Origin: Felis catus
Taxonomy: Eukaryota
Assembly (NCBI RefSeq): GCF_018350175.1
Contig: NC_058368.1
Coordinates: 85,376,001 to 85,440,000 of the forward strand
Length of the DNA: 64,000 nt
Reading direction: 5' to 3'
Shown: one piece after another, positions 23,973-37,700 of the stretch
Layout of the letters: each line of letters starts with the position of its first letter
Position numbering within the stretch: position 1 is the first letter of the stretch
Notes under the pieces: generated by a model
The model's input: only the letters and a program-made list of their open reading frames with translations
The model's database searches: none
What the model was told of the DNA's origin: nothing
Translations under genes and position numbers: made by a program

Positions 23973-26317
23973 CAGGGGAGGGGCAGAAAGAGAGGGAGAC
24001 ACAGAATCTGTAGCAGGCTCCAGGCTCTGAGCTATCAGCACAGACCCCACTGCCAGGCTCAAACTCATGAACCTTGAGATCATGATCTGAGCCTAAGTCA
24101 GACATTTAACTGTGAGCCACCCAGGGGCTTCATGAAAAACACTTCTTAAAACTTCATAGTCAATCTGTCAATGATGATATGCTGTATTTCAGTGATGGCC
24201 AATTCCAAAAGTCTTTGGTAATCCATTTCAATGTCAGAGCTGAAAATATGAATGATGGTTTAACTTGTTCAGCTTGAAGTTTTCCTGTTAAATCTTATAG
24301 CAAACACTAATTTCCTTGTCCATATTGCATGCCTATTCCAGGCAAAGTGAAGAGGGATTCAGTGGGTTTCGTGCAGTTTCCTTATAATCAGTAGGGATTA
24401 TACAGCAGAGACACAAATAACAAGAAAAAATATTTGTTCTTAACCCTCCAGGAGGTCATCAAAATCCCAAGTGAACTGAGAAAGGCATTGTTGTTAATGT
24501 ACGCATATTATCATGATAGAATCTACTGCAGTCAAAGATTTCTGGGCATATTTCATTCTGTCTCATCCCCAGTGACTCATCAGGATATTCTGAACTAAGT
24601 AATTCATATCATCCCTTAGCCACTGACCCACAGATTCCACCTTGCCTGAGTTAGTTCCAGACACTGAAAGTACCATGAAATACATATTCATATTAACTAT
24701 CTATATAATGTTTACAAGTACAATGAATAAACAGCACTGGTTACATAGTTGGAGGAGGTCATTGAATGAATGAACTTACAATGCATTTTTATTTATTTTG
24801 TCTAATTTAATTCATTTTGTCTTCAATATATCTGTATCTACACAAAATTTATTATTATTATTACTATTACTATGCTCATTTCCTTGTGAGCACACTAAGT
24901 ATGAGAAAGGAATTAATTTTCTGAATTTCAGACAGTAAATATACACAGAAAGTTTAACATTTTCCTTTTTTCTAATTTTTATATATATTTTTAATGTTTA
25001 TTCATTTTTGTGTGAGAGACAGAGTGTGAGCATGGGAGGGGCAGAGAGATAGAGGGAGACAGAATCTAAAGCAGGCTCCAGGCTATGAGCTGTCAGCACA
25101 GAGCTCGATGCAGGGCTCAAAAACACAAGCTGTGAGATCATGACCTGAGTTGAAGTCAGATGTCCAACCGACTGAGCCACTCAGGTGTCCTTAATATTTT
25201 CAATAATAATATTCATCATCTTATCTTACTATATCTCAAAACACACCATTACTTATTTTTTACATTTATTTATTTTTGAAAGAGAGAGAGCACAAGTTGA
25301 GGAGGGGTACAGAGAGGGAGACAGAATCTGAAGCAGACTCCACGTTCTGAGCTGTCAGCACAGAGCCAGATGAGGGGCTTGAATTCACCAACCATGAAAT
25401 CATGACTTGAGCTGAAGTTGGAAATTTAACCAACTGAGCTACCCAGGTGCCCCACAAAACACACAATTTAAAACTAGCATTTATTAGCACCAAAAGTTGT
25501 TAAAATGATTTATAGTACAAATCTTAGGGAGAATATATTCTAAAATTATTTATGTTGATTGTTATATCCACAATTGCCTTTCTTCCTCAGTACCAGTAAG
25601 CAGCATTTTACCCTCCCACCCCCCAAAGCCTGCCAGTCCCATAAAAAATAATTATTTCCCTGCGTTTATGCCTTCTGAAAATTATCTACCACGTGGGTAT
25701 TTTTTAGAGGGAAAAGGAAAATTTAAGGCAGGTGATTTATTTAAATAATCTCCTTTGAGATAAAATGTTGTTATTAATTAATGACTTTCTTTTTTATCCA
25801 GTTAGTAAACCTACTTCCATATGAGTTCGTAGCTATGGTAGGTTGGTTCAACGAATGAGGAATTTGGGGTTTTCTTACAGAGACATTGAGAGTAATATTT
25901 TTTTGTCTATACCTTTCATCATCCCTCAAATGAATTCTGGAGAATTTATGGTCTATTTTTACCTTCATTTCATCCACATTAGTTACCAGAATGTATTTCT
26001 CTATTAAAATATCCAAATGTCGGAATTATCAATTCAAAAAATAAGTTGGTTGATATCATAGGAGTTAACCTAAACTTTGTGTAGTCTGATTCTATTCAAA
26101 TAGAGGCAAACTGATTCTATTATGTTAAAATTCATGAGAAAAGTCAACAGCCAAGTTTTGGATTTGGTTAAGAGAGATTCATGTCTCCTCTATTTTCATC
26201 GTCATAGTTAATTATTTCTGATCATTCCTAAAGAGATGTTCATAGTTTGTTTCCAATCTGTCAAAAGCAGTTCAGAGGGCTGACTCACACCTGCTTGTAT
26301 TTCTCTTTTACTTTCAG

Positions 26318-26340
26318 GGTGTGAGAGAAGCATTGAGCAG
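26318..26340 (+). CDS. TRIM58: TRIM58 coding exon 4 (23-nt micro-exon)
   Basis: Polypyrimidine tract ending ctttcag|GGTGTGAGAGAAGCATTGAGCAG|gtatgt, encoding GVREALS(R). The 23-nt exon is characteristic of this TRIM class. Confidence 0.92.
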
Positions 26341-26437
26341 GTATGTTTACTTTCTGAATCAGGGAATGGGTTTGGAGATGACAAGGAAGGTGGTTGATAA
26401 GTCCTACTGAGAATTATTGGTTCTGTGTCCTTCTCAG

Positions 26438-26538
26438 AAGTAAGGATGTCACACAGGTGGAACTGGAGAACATCCCCATGGAGCTGAAGACAATGTGTCA
26501 CATCCCTGGGATGAGGGAAATGTTGAGAAAGTTCCAAG
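26438..26538 (+). CDS. TRIM58: TRIM58 coding exon 5 (linker), 101 nt, ends in phase 1
   Basis: Acceptor ttctcag|, translation SKDVTQVELENIPMELKTMCHIPGMREMLRKFQ, donor CAAG|GTAGGC. Confidence 0.93.
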
Positions 26539-27214
26539 GTAGGCTGCGTCTTTGAGCTTGGAGAACTATGGAGCCCAGGGTTTGGCTGTTTTTGTAATGT
26601 GTTACTGCAGAAGTCAGTCTGCAGAAACAAACAGAACCCAAAGTTTACTGACTAAAATCAGTAAAGGGCTATTTTTAAATCATGTCATTGGCTTCTTTCT
26701 GGATTGTGGAGGCTTTTGTTTCACCTCATCTCCCTCTGGGAGCCATGCAGATAGAGCCCAACCTCCTTTCCGTTGCTGGTAGCTTTGGGAAAGGGCACGG
26801 TTATGGTGATTTGGGCACTGCTCATAAAGGCAACCACACTACAGTGGAACACTGGCTTCCCTAAAGATTTTATTAAGTAAAGTGAGTCACATGGCCATGC
26901 CAAGTTATAAGGGTGGGTGGGAGAGAACACTTTGTTCAGAAGAAAGAAAACTGGGATATGTGTATAATTATAAAAAATATCAGAGGTACTAACACACATT
27001 TTAGCTACATTTAGTTAGAACAACATAGACTTGAAAGTGTGTTTCTTAGTTTATTAACTGTGATTTGAGTAAAATTAGTTCCAATGAATATTCATTTCCC
27101 TGTTTATAAAATGCTGAAAAATGTATTATTGTTTGGAAGACTAAATGAATGATATTTGAAAGCAGAAAAATAACCAATATAAAAGCCTTAAGGTACATCA
27201 AATAAGAGATTTGA

Positions 27215-27433
27215 TTTTTTTAAATTTTTTTTAACGTTTATTTATTTTTGAGACAGAGAGAGACAGAGAATGAATGGGGGAGGGTCAGAGAGAAGGAGAC
27301 ACAGAATCTGAAACAGGCTCGAGGCTCTGAGCTGTCAGCACAGAGCCCGATGTGGGGCTGGAACTCATGGACCACAAGATCATGACCTGAGCCGCAGTCC
27401 AACGCTCAACTGATTGAGCCACCCAGGCGCCCC
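27215..27433 (-). mobile_element. CAN-SINE in TRIM58 intron 5
   Basis: Reverse CAN-SINE flanked by GATTTGATTT on both sides. Confidence 0.88.
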
Positions 27434-28039
27434 AGGATTTGATTTATTATTTGTCACTTGAGGAGGAGCCAATGATATTCAATCAATTACTTTTGTGTAC
27501 GAATAACTGTGGTGACATAAATTTGTCTATTAGATTTGATTATTCTGTTCTTTAAAACAATATAGATTCAATATTTGTATTTATTTTTTATTTTGTGTAT
27601 TTTTAATGCTTATTTTTATTTTTGAGAGAGAGAGAGAGAGCACGAACAGGGGAAGTGCAGAGAGGCAGGGAAACACAGAATCTGAAACAGGCTCCAGGAT
27701 CTTAGCTGTCAGCACAGAGCCTGATGCAGGGCTCGAACTCACAAATTATGAGATCACGACCTGAGTCAAAGTCGAACACTCAACTGACTGAGCCACCCAG
27801 GTACCACTGTATTTATTTTTTAAAATTCACGTTATATGCAGCAATGAAAACAAACTGTGGCTAAATACTGGTTTCACTACTTACAGGGAGACAGCTTTGA
27901 CCCATATTGAGAAAACCCATGTTACCAGTCCTGCTCCTGCTTAATGATGGGAAAATTAATATATACCAACTGCATGAATTGTTACAATTTATTAAACTCT
28001 CATAATCAGTGTCATAATATTCCCATTTCTTTTACTGAA

Positions 28040-29520
28040 TTAAATAATTAATGAATCAATTCAATAAAATGAATTTATGCCAGTCACTACTCTAAGTATT
28101 GAAATATATTATTGAACAATAACAAAAAATCCTACAAATCCATAACTTTGTGTTGTAAATATTTACTTAAATTATGCAAAATACACAGAATGTTAGAAGA
28201 TTATACATAATATAAGGTAAGGGTAGCCAGAAGTTCGTGGGGTAGGGCATCTAAACTTGAATTTGACAATAAAGGAGGGCCCCTTCAAGGATAACTCATC
28301 AGATATCTAATCTGAAAGAAAACATTCCAGGCAATAGAAACAATGAGTGCCCATGCCTGAGATAGAAATATAGAAGATGTGTTTCAGGAACTATGAGGTC
28401 TCTGTAGCTGGGGAAGAATTAACAAGGGGAGAGTCAGAGAGGCCAAGACAAGACCAATTAGCACAGGGTGGTATGGACAGGTCACTGTGAGCAGGAAGCT
28501 TTACCTTTGAGTAAACAGGAAATCAGTAAAAAACTGTGAATGGAGGAATAGCATGATTATATTAATGTTTTGAGAGGCTCACTCTGTATGCTTCACTGAG
28601 AATAAATTCAAAGGGGCAAGGCTTTATGTGGGAAAAGCAATTAGGAGCCTTTGCAATAATTCCATTAGAGATGATTGTGGATTGGATCGGAGTGGTACTG
28701 TTGGAAGTGCTGAGGTGTGTACAGAATCTTGGAATATTTTGAAGGTAGACCTGGCAAGATCTGCTGTTGGATTAGATGTGAGTTGTCAGAGAAAGAGAAA
28801 AGTCCGAAATGACCCAAAGATTTAAATCTCTAGAGCTGGTGTAAGGAAGTTGCCATTTACATTGACGGTTAAAGGGCAGGTGAGGCAGAAGGAGGGGAGT
28901 TGGGTTTTGAGCATATCAATCTTGTGATGAGTATTAAATCTCAAAAGTTTGATGTCAGGTAGGCAAATGATTTTGCAAATATGGAGTTTCAGGAGGAAGG
29001 TCTAAGGTAGAGATATGCATTTGGAGTCAGTAAGCATATGAATGGAATTAAATTAAATCAATGAGCCAACCAGCCCAAGTACTATTGTGTGCTGAGACAG
29101 AAAGAAGAGGTCCAGGTCCTGAGACCACTGGTTTCTCCAATGGCAGTGATGGAGAAGAGGAGAAAACAAGAAAGGGGATCAAGAAGGAGTGAGGAGAAAA
29201 GAGGGAAGGAAAGCATGATGATGGCTGTCTTTGGGAAAGAGAAAGGAGGTTTTTCAGAACAAGGATATTCTCTACAGCATTAATGCTACACAGAAGTAAT
29301 TTAAGGTGAACTCATCAGTGTGGAGGTCACTGAGGAGATGGACACGGACAGTTTGATTACAGTGTTGTTATATCATGATGAGCAATTGAATCTAACAGAG
29401 AAGGGTTGGGGAAGGAATTGGAGACAGACCATATTAGAAACCATGTCACAGATTTATTTTCTTATAAATGGAGCAAGGAAGTGTGGTGGCTGGGAAATAA
29501 TGTGTAAAGACATAACATAC
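28040..29520 (-). mobile_element. Old LINE-2 remnant in TRIM58 intron 5
   Basis: Purine-rich L2-like tracts (CATTCCAGGCAATAGAAACA..., AGAGATGATTGTGGATTGGA..., GGATTAGATGTGAG...). Confidence 0.6.
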
Positions 29521-29924
29521 ATCAAATACACCTAGCACAATTCCATGGAAAACCATGTCTCAGTCTGTTATTTATGACTTCTAGAATATGGAGAGACCAC
29601 ATAAGCTCTGATTCTGAGTCTCCTCAGCTGTAATGTGGGGATGATAATGGCTACTCTATGGGTGGGTAAATGCATTAGCAGAGATGAGGTATTATTTATG
29701 TGACCAACTCAAGTTTGGGTTTCAACACAAGATAGCTAGAAGTGGTCATTGGAATAGTATTTGTTATTATGATATCAAAAATAAAACTATGTTGATGAAA
29801 TTTATTATTTTGAATATTTATAAGACAAGACACTGAATATTTTACATCCTTCCTTCTTCACTGAGATTTCACACATGCACAAGTAAAACTTCACATCAAT
29901 CTGACTGGGACTTCACAGCATCAA

Positions 29925-30314
29925 TATTGGTTTTCTATTGGTGTATAACAAATTACCACAGACTTAACTGCTTAAAACCTCACATGCTTATTAGCTCATA
30001 ATTATACAGATCAGACATCCATGTGGGATCAGCTAATTTTTCTCCTTATGGTTTCACAAGATCAACATTAAAGTGTTGGCCAAGCTGGTCTTCTCTGAAG
30101 AGTCTGGGGAAGAATCCACTCCCAAGTTTATTCAGTTTATAGGCATAATGTAGTCCTGACAGTTGTAGGGCTGAGATCCCCATTTTAAGAATTTGTGTGA
30201 TTATATTATATCCACTCAGATAATCTTCCTCTTTTCAAATAACATAACATAATCCTGAGAGTAGCACCAGGGTCTGAAGGTCATGGAGCTCATCTTAGAA
30301 TTCTGCCTACCACA
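29925..30314. mobile_element. MLT1 (ERVL-MaLR) LTR
   Basis: TTTCTATTGGTGTATAACAAATTACCACA...CTTAAAAC start and CATCTTAGAATTCTGCCTACCACA end are typical of MLT1. Confidence 0.7.
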
Positions 30315-30723
30315 GTAACATAACTTTGAAAGTAGTGAATTTCAAATTAATGAAATTTTCCTATGGATTTTGAGAAAAAAAAATAAATGCGGAAAATCTT
30401 CCTAAGAACACCCAAGTGCTCTGAAGTTAGATGAAAGGAATCTAAATGGCCATGCACATGGTTTGTCATATTATCAATGGTTATGTTTTTATTGAGGCAA
30501 TAATGAGTTCTGAATCATGTAGAGGTAACTGAGGAATACACAAGTGAGTGAAGAAAATAGTCAGCCACCTGCAAGGTAAAATATTTATTTCACTTTCTCT
30601 AGGAGTTAATAGAGAGAGAGGAGATGGGGAGTATTATGGACTATTATCCATAATATTGTGGCTTCCTAAGTTTTTACCTGTCTTTTCTGACGTTTCATAT
30701 GTCCCACAAAATTCTTCCCACAG

Positions 30724-31313
30724 TTGATGTCAAGCTGGACCCTGTCACAGCGCATCCTAGCCTCCTCTTGACTGCTGATCTGCGCAGTGTGCAGGACGGA
30801 GAGCTGTGGAGGGATCTCCCCAACAACCCGGAGCGATTTGATACATGGCCCTGTGTCCTGGGTTTGCAGAACTTCTCCTCAGGAAGGCATTACTGGGAGG
30901 TCATGGTAGGAGAAAGAGCAGAGTGGGGTGTAGGTGTCTGTCGAGAGACGGTGCTGAGAAAGGGGGAGACCACACCCTCTCCTGAGAACGGAGTCTGGGC
31001 CATGTGGCTGCTGAAAGGAAATGAGTACATGGTCCTTGCCTCCCCATCTGTACCTCTCCTCCACCTGGAACGGCCTCACTGCATTGGGATTTTTTTGGAC
31101 TATGAAGCAGGTGAAATCTCTTTTTACAATGTAACAAATGGGTCTTACATCTACACATTCAACCAACTGTTCTCTGGTATTCTCCGACCTTACTTTTTCA
31201 TCTGTGACACGATTCCTCTTACCTTGCCACCTATGACAGATGTGGAGTCAGAAAATTGGGCATCCAGGGGTCATCTTTACTCTGCTTCTAATGTTGGACA
31301 TGATCATTCCTAA
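30724..31313 (+). CDS. TRIM58: TRIM58 coding exon 6 (PRY-SPRY/B30.2) to stop TAA
   Basis: Acceptor cccacag|, translation (V)DVKLDPVTAHPSLLL...GRHYWEV...IGIFLDYEAGEISFYNV...LRPYF. Exon lengths sum to 423+96+231+23+101+590=1464 nt, i.e. 487 aa plus stop, with the frame open throughout. Confidence 0.96.
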
Positions 31314-31829
31314 AATTCTGTTCCTGAGAATTTTATGCCTAGCAAGTTTTCCTGGAGTGGAATCGGGAGGATGCAAATATGCTAAGCCCCAAAATGTCCC
31401 CATTTAGATCAGCACTTTAAACCTTATTGCTATGGACATTTTTCCATGAGGACAAAACAGAAAATATGAAATATTTGCATCTGGAGGAGGATTACAGAGC
31501 ATAATAATTTTAGAAATGCAGCAATCTCCTCAAGTCTTTCCAGGTGGTGCTACAGATTTTCTTGATGAGGCTTTCTTCAAGTGAATGGACCTGGTGTTAA
31601 ACAAAGATTTCTATACATTCATTATAATTTCACATTCATTTTTATATCCTTTTGTTCCAAGTCTTCGATCTATTGAGAATAAGAAATGTCATTTTTTTTT
31701 TTTTAGAAATGGCAATTCCTAAATTCGTGGAGAACAGTCCAATACAGCATCAGATCTATAATTCTGTTTCTCCCTCTCCTTATTTCCCTTCTCTTCTCTC
31801 ATTCTTTCTGTGTGTTTGTCTCCGTCTCT

Positions 31830-32052
31830 TTTTTTTTTTAATTTTTTTTCAACGTTTATTTATTTTTGGGACAGAGAGAGACAGAGCATGAAAGGGGGAG
31901 GGGCAGAGAGAGAGGGAGACACAGAATCAGAAACAGGCTCCAGGCTCTGAGCCATCAGCCCAGAGCCCGTCGCGGGGCTCGAACTCACAGACCGCGAGAT
32001 CGTGACCTGGCTGAAGTCGGACGCTTAACCGACTGCGCCACCCAGGCGCCCC
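31830..32052 (-). mobile_element. Young felid CAN-SINE downstream of the TRIM58 stop codon
   Basis: CpG-rich and nearly identical to the 20187 copy. TSD TCCGTCTCT at 31821-31829 and 32054-32062. Confidence 0.92.
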
Positions 32053-32680
32053 ATCCGTCTCTAACTTTTTATCTTTCTTGCTCTTGACTTTTTTTTTTCT
32101 CTCTACCTCTTGTATAGCCTTCCATTTTTTTCTAGATTAACAAATTCAGGACCATTTCTTTTTATTCAATTTTCCTATGACTACATTCATTTACTCTTTG
32201 AATCCTCTTTGTACTGAGACTAATTTCTGAGGATTCTGGAATCCATTTCTTTCATTCTGATATAACTGATTACCACACCATACCCCTCTGAGACTGCCAT
32301 TTTCCCCTTGATCTTTGGAGACATGTTTTAGAGTAGGAATTTCTCAGAATTCTGATGCAACTAGTTCTTTGACTTAGCCATTTACTATTTTAAGACCTCA
32401 ACACCTTTCTCTTTAGGTCTCAGCTACTTAATATGGTTCCTATATGTGGAAAAATGATATGGATCTTAGAATTCTATGGCAAATATTTAAGATCATGATT
32501 GATATGATTGGTTTTAATTAAACTTTTTACTTAAATACAATTTAAAGATGATGATGACGATTATGATGATGATCTGCTAATAATATTTGACTTATCTTTA
32601 AAATATACTCTCTACTTTCCTAACAAAATTCTTAAGTCATTGAAGGCTAACTTTGCTGTCATATTTCTCTGTATCTGTCT

Positions 32681-32686
32681 AATAAA
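32681..32686 (+). terminator. Candidate TRIM58 polyadenylation signal AATAAA
   Basis: First canonical AATAAA I can find after the TRIM58 stop codon. Usage is not demonstrated. Confidence 0.3.
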
Positions 32687-33819
32687 AAATTGCGAGGCAA
32701 ATGCTAAAATTCAAATGTTTAAGTGCCAAACAATTACTAATGAATGGCAAATTTAGTTAACAGTATTTTGATAATAATCTGCCAACATTTTAATCTTCCA
32801 CTTTAATTCTACCTTGAATTTTAAAGTATTTTTCTCTTCCAGAGAGATCTCTTTGACTAAAATCTTTCACTTACTTTCCAATAACATTATTAACATAGTT
32901 TTCTTTCTGCAATTTTTCAATATTTTTCTTTCCAGACGTTTTTCTTACATTTGGAGGACTATCATGAAGTATAATAATTTTAGAAATGGTATGATCTCAT
33001 AAACTATTACCAAATGACTCTATGAACTTTATTGATGAATCCTTGCATTAAAAAAGATTTATATACATTCATATTTGGTATATTTATATTTGATCATAAG
33101 CAAACAATTCCTCTCTCCATCTCTCCTTTCCAAATGGGGGTATTAATGTATTCTTATCTCCATCTTGGTGACATTTTATAGACCATGAATGCCCTAGGCC
33201 TCTTCCATGCATGGTTTGAGTAGAGAACAGGCTCATGCCTTGGGTTTCAGCTCATGTTTCCCCATCATCAGGGATTAAACAGGAGCTGGCAACTTACTGT
33301 AACACCTGAGTGTTGATGTTACTGTAAGGCCAGGATCCATGACAGGAGTCAATGCAGAGAAAATACACTCAGAGAAGTAGAAACCCTTCCACATAGACAT
33401 CAGGAGAAACAGAGTCACTTTTCTGAGATCTCACCTCCTTGGGGGTTCCAACACCCATTCACTTATGCTTAATGGGTAGAAGGACAACACCACATAGTCA
33501 GGGTGTGAACAGAGAATAACTAGTTCCTATGAGAAAGCAAACATCCTGGTTTCCACTGTTTCCCTCTAATGCTGTTATCTTACTTTGCATCTTACTATGA
33601 TTTATGTCAATCATTAAGCCAACTTAAGTGTGCCTTTATCCCTTGTTTCCTAAACTTTGCAAGGTTTTGTGCATCTTCCTAAAGGTTCTTTCTCTTCTTT
33701 ATGGAATTCTGGTTCACTAACAGCAAACTTCTTTAAATCCTATTTAAAGATTTTTCCTAGTCTCCTGAAACATACAGGAATGTGAGAGTGTGCATATACG
33801 CATGCATGCACACACACAC

Positions 33820-34726
33820 ACAGACTTCTCCATCTCAGTGGAAAGCAACACCAACTTTTCAGTTGCTCAAGCCAAGAATCTGGTTGACTTCTCTCTTGAT
33901 TTCTTTGGCCCTCATCCAAACCATCAGCAAACCCTTGGTTCTACCTTCAGAACATATACAAAGCTTAGCCAGTCCTAACCACTCTGCTGCTATAACTAGT
34001 CTGAACTTCCATCCTCTTCCACTGAGTTGCTACATTCGGTTCCTAACATTAGCTGTACTCCAGCCCTTTGCACATCCATTATGGATGCTGCAGCTGGGTT
34101 ATCCTTCAGCTCCCAAGACAGTACTTTGCAATGACTTTCCATTCAACTTAGATAATCTTTACAGCAAAACTTCAAACCCTGGAGTATCTGAACACCAGCT
34201 CCTTACCTGATTCTGATTTTGTGTCCCTCCACATGCTTCTGTTTTTATCTTCCTCCCTCTATCCTGGCACCTAGGCTGGGTTTACATCAGACAAGGCACT
34301 TCCCACCATGGGTCTTTCTTCCAGATGAGCCCTCTACCTGTGGTTCCATTTTCCCACATATCTCCTTTACTCGTCCCATTTTTTTCATTAATCCTGCTCA
34401 AATCCAACTTCTCAGTTCAACTAAACTGTCTGAATCACGTTGGAGTCCACCCAGAACCCACTCTCCCAGTCCCCTTTACCAGGCCCAATGGAGCCTTTTT
34501 TTCCAATATTGTACTTAACAATTTCTAAATGTATTCTATTATATTGTTATTTATTGTGTTTATTTTTGTTTGTTTGTTTTGCCTTTTATTGGTAGAATGT
34601 AAGCACTCTGAAGGGAGGGATATCGGTCTATTGATAACAGTATTTCCAACATATCTCAAGCACCTTAAGTACTGGTTTGTACATGGTTATCACTCAATTC
34701 ATATTTGCTGAATAATAAATGATTGA
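33820..34726 (+). mobile_element. Old LINE-2 3' remnant
   Basis: CAGTTGCTCAAGCCAAGAATCTGG..., CATCCAAACCATCAGCAAA..., TAGAATGTAAGCACTCTGAAGGGAGGGA, ending ATATTTGCTGAATAATAAATGA. Confidence 0.7.
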
Positions 34727-37700
34727 CCTTCAGGGGAAGCATTAAATCATAGATCTAAAAGTGTTTTCTGAAATGTAACATATTATACTATTATAATTAT
34801 TATTTTATTATTATTACTATTATTTATAAGTACACAATCACTGTCCAGTAAAGTTTAATGCCAAGTGCTAAATGAGTAGAATCCATTTTTAGGTATACAG
34901 AAAATTTGAAAAGAAGGATCAATTTGTGAAGGTAATAAATTCTAGGAACATGATGACTTGCCATTCCCAGGTATGGTCCTATTGAGCCTCCTGTAGCTTT
35001 GATTCCTTATGACAATATACCAACACTTTTGAATTATGCATTACCTCATATGCACTCCGTATGCCACCTTTCATACCCACTAAGGGTGTGGGGAGAATTC
35101 TGTAAAATTATATGGACTAAAACCTTTTTTTAAATTGAATCTTTCATGCTTTATGAGACCCTCTTGATCTGAGGTTCACAGAAGAGCCAACTCCAACAGC
35201 TAAAGGGTGTCTTGGGTCTTCTCTCCTCCCCATCACTTCTTACCATCATGCATGTCTCTGGTATTATACATTGGACTTTTTGTCTGGCCCAGGTCACTTT
35301 AAGGAATGACTAAAATCATAAAGAATGATTCAAAAGTCAACTGCAAACCTTAGATTCTAGTTTTTCTGAAGCTATAGTTCTCAGAGTTAGGTTTACAGTT
35401 TAACAAGACTGCATAATCTATTCAAATAACTAATTTGATAATTTCCTACTCCACCCCCTCAATCAGGTGACTGGTTTGTCAAGTGAGTTAACCAAATAAG
35501 CTAATGATTCTAACATGTTAAGAAGGTCCTGAATGAAGAAAAAAGGGAGGAGAGAGATATATGGGGCTGGTTGGACATAGGAAGTGAAATAGCTGCATTA
35601 GGAGTTAGAAAGAACTTAGCAAATTTAGAGTTGTAATTTCAACTCTTAGTGTCCCAAAGGGCACAGAAATTGGGAACGCTGGGATTTATTAAACCTGTCT
35701 GCTCTTCAAGCATGGACCCCTCCATGCATATTTTCTGTGTGCTACTGGGTCCCTCTGTGGAATTGTTCAACAGGGAAGAGGGAACAATGGAGGTGGTCTG
35801 AATATGTATCCCATACACATTCTAGAAACCTACAAGTTATATTGATTCATTTATATGAAATATCCTCTTTGTTCCCTGACTCTGTAACTATATGTACTCA
35901 AAAGTACCCAAATAATCCTTTTGATAAATTCTCTAACTAGTTGATTCAAACTCATCTGATTTTTCTCTGATATTTCTTGGCTGATTGCATGGATTCAATT
36001 TCTATTTATCTATTTACTTTAGTGTTATTAAAAAAAAATCCAACCTCATGATGTCATATTTGCCTCAATAAGGGCATTAAAACATGGTCATGTATCCACA
36101 ATCTAATAAAGTTAGAATTTCATAATAACTGCTCAAATTACCTCTAGGTTTTTTTTTTTTTCTGAAACTATAAGGTATAAGTTAATATATGCTGACATCT
36201 TCCTTTCAGATCTAAAAATAAATAAGTAAATAAATGAATTAAACAAAATAGTTCACCTTATTAGCTCCTTAAATTAATAATAAAATGTATATTAGTTAAT
36301 GCATTTATGACATTTTTCACTAAGACAAAGAGTTCCGTGTCATCATATATAAAATTTTTAGTAAAAAAAAAAAAGGTCAAAATTCTTTTGCTAAGGAGGA
36401 AAAAAGGAAAAAAAAAAGCATGATCTTATTCCATGTAGTATGGAACTGATTAGTCCTCAATTGTTTTTCAGGCACATAAAAATTCTTGGTAACAGGGGAG
36501 CAAATGGCCCGTCAGGATTTATGTTTATGAAACAACAATGGATTGAGGCTTTAGTTTTACTTACATGAAGTAATAAATCTTTTTTTATACAAGGGACAAA
36601 TTATCATGGTACTCATTTTTTGTCTGGACCTTATGGGAAATTGAACACAATGTGATAGGTATCTACAGCACACCTCAGTGTATGTACTAATGACCCCTGT
36701 GGGCTCAGAAGTTTTCCCAGAGCTTAAGGCTGTTGATGAATCAAGACCACCATTATAATACCTCCCCAGTCTTTCCTCAGGAGAGCTACATCATACTATC
36801 ATTGCCCTCAGCATAAATATTGTGGTCAATTGCATTTAAAGAGGAATGAGCCAAGCCAAGGAGAGGTGCTTTCATTTCCTCCACATCTGGAATTATACCT
36901 GGCTAGAACACCCATGTGAACTCAGTAGTCATGGAGAGGGCATTGTAAAATCCCATGGAGGTCCTCCACCTAGATCTGTACATTCTGACTTCTGACTTTT
37001 AGTGGAACCTGGTGCACACAAATAAAGATGGTGAGTAGATTTCTGGATTTAGGGACTCAACTCATAAATCTGCAGTTATCTTTTGGTTTGTTAAAAAAAA
37101 GCTGTATGATATGAATCAAAGGAACACAAAAATATAAAATGAGGAGTATCCTCCTTGCTCTTGGAAAGTTTATGAATTATGACAGACAGACCAAGAGAAA
37201 AGCTACACATAAGCACATACATCACAACTCATGTTATTTAGCTATAATAGAGCAATAATCTACCAATACAAAATCATTTTAAAAGATAAACAAGTAAAAG
37301 TGCTAAAGAGACAATATATGAAGAAACACAATATACAAATTCCCCCCCCCCTTTTTTTTAATGTTAGAATTGGTGTCAAGGAAGATAGATTTCTCAGGCA
37401 GACATGAGAAAATGAGATCTGAGATGGGAGTTTCATTTTGGGGGAGAAAAAAAAAGACATTGAAAAGGGTGTTCTCAGCTTCCAGGAGGGAGATGGGGAA
37501 ACGTCATCCCTTGCTTGGGAAGATATAAGCCTGAACCATTCCTGCATCAAAACATCAATCCTAGTCCCTATCATCTGCCATTGCAGCCACTTTTTGTGAG
37601 CTTAAAACTCTTTATATGGATGCCTGGATGGCTCAGTCGGTTAAGATTCCGACCTTGGCTCAGGTCATGGTTTCACCTTTCTTGAGTTCCAGCCCCACAT

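Noticed and set aside
30699..30723. ATG-initiated stand-alone 204-aa SPRY ORF
   Set aside because: The ATG lies in the intron's acceptor region in poor context. The segment is better explained as exon 6 starting at 30724.
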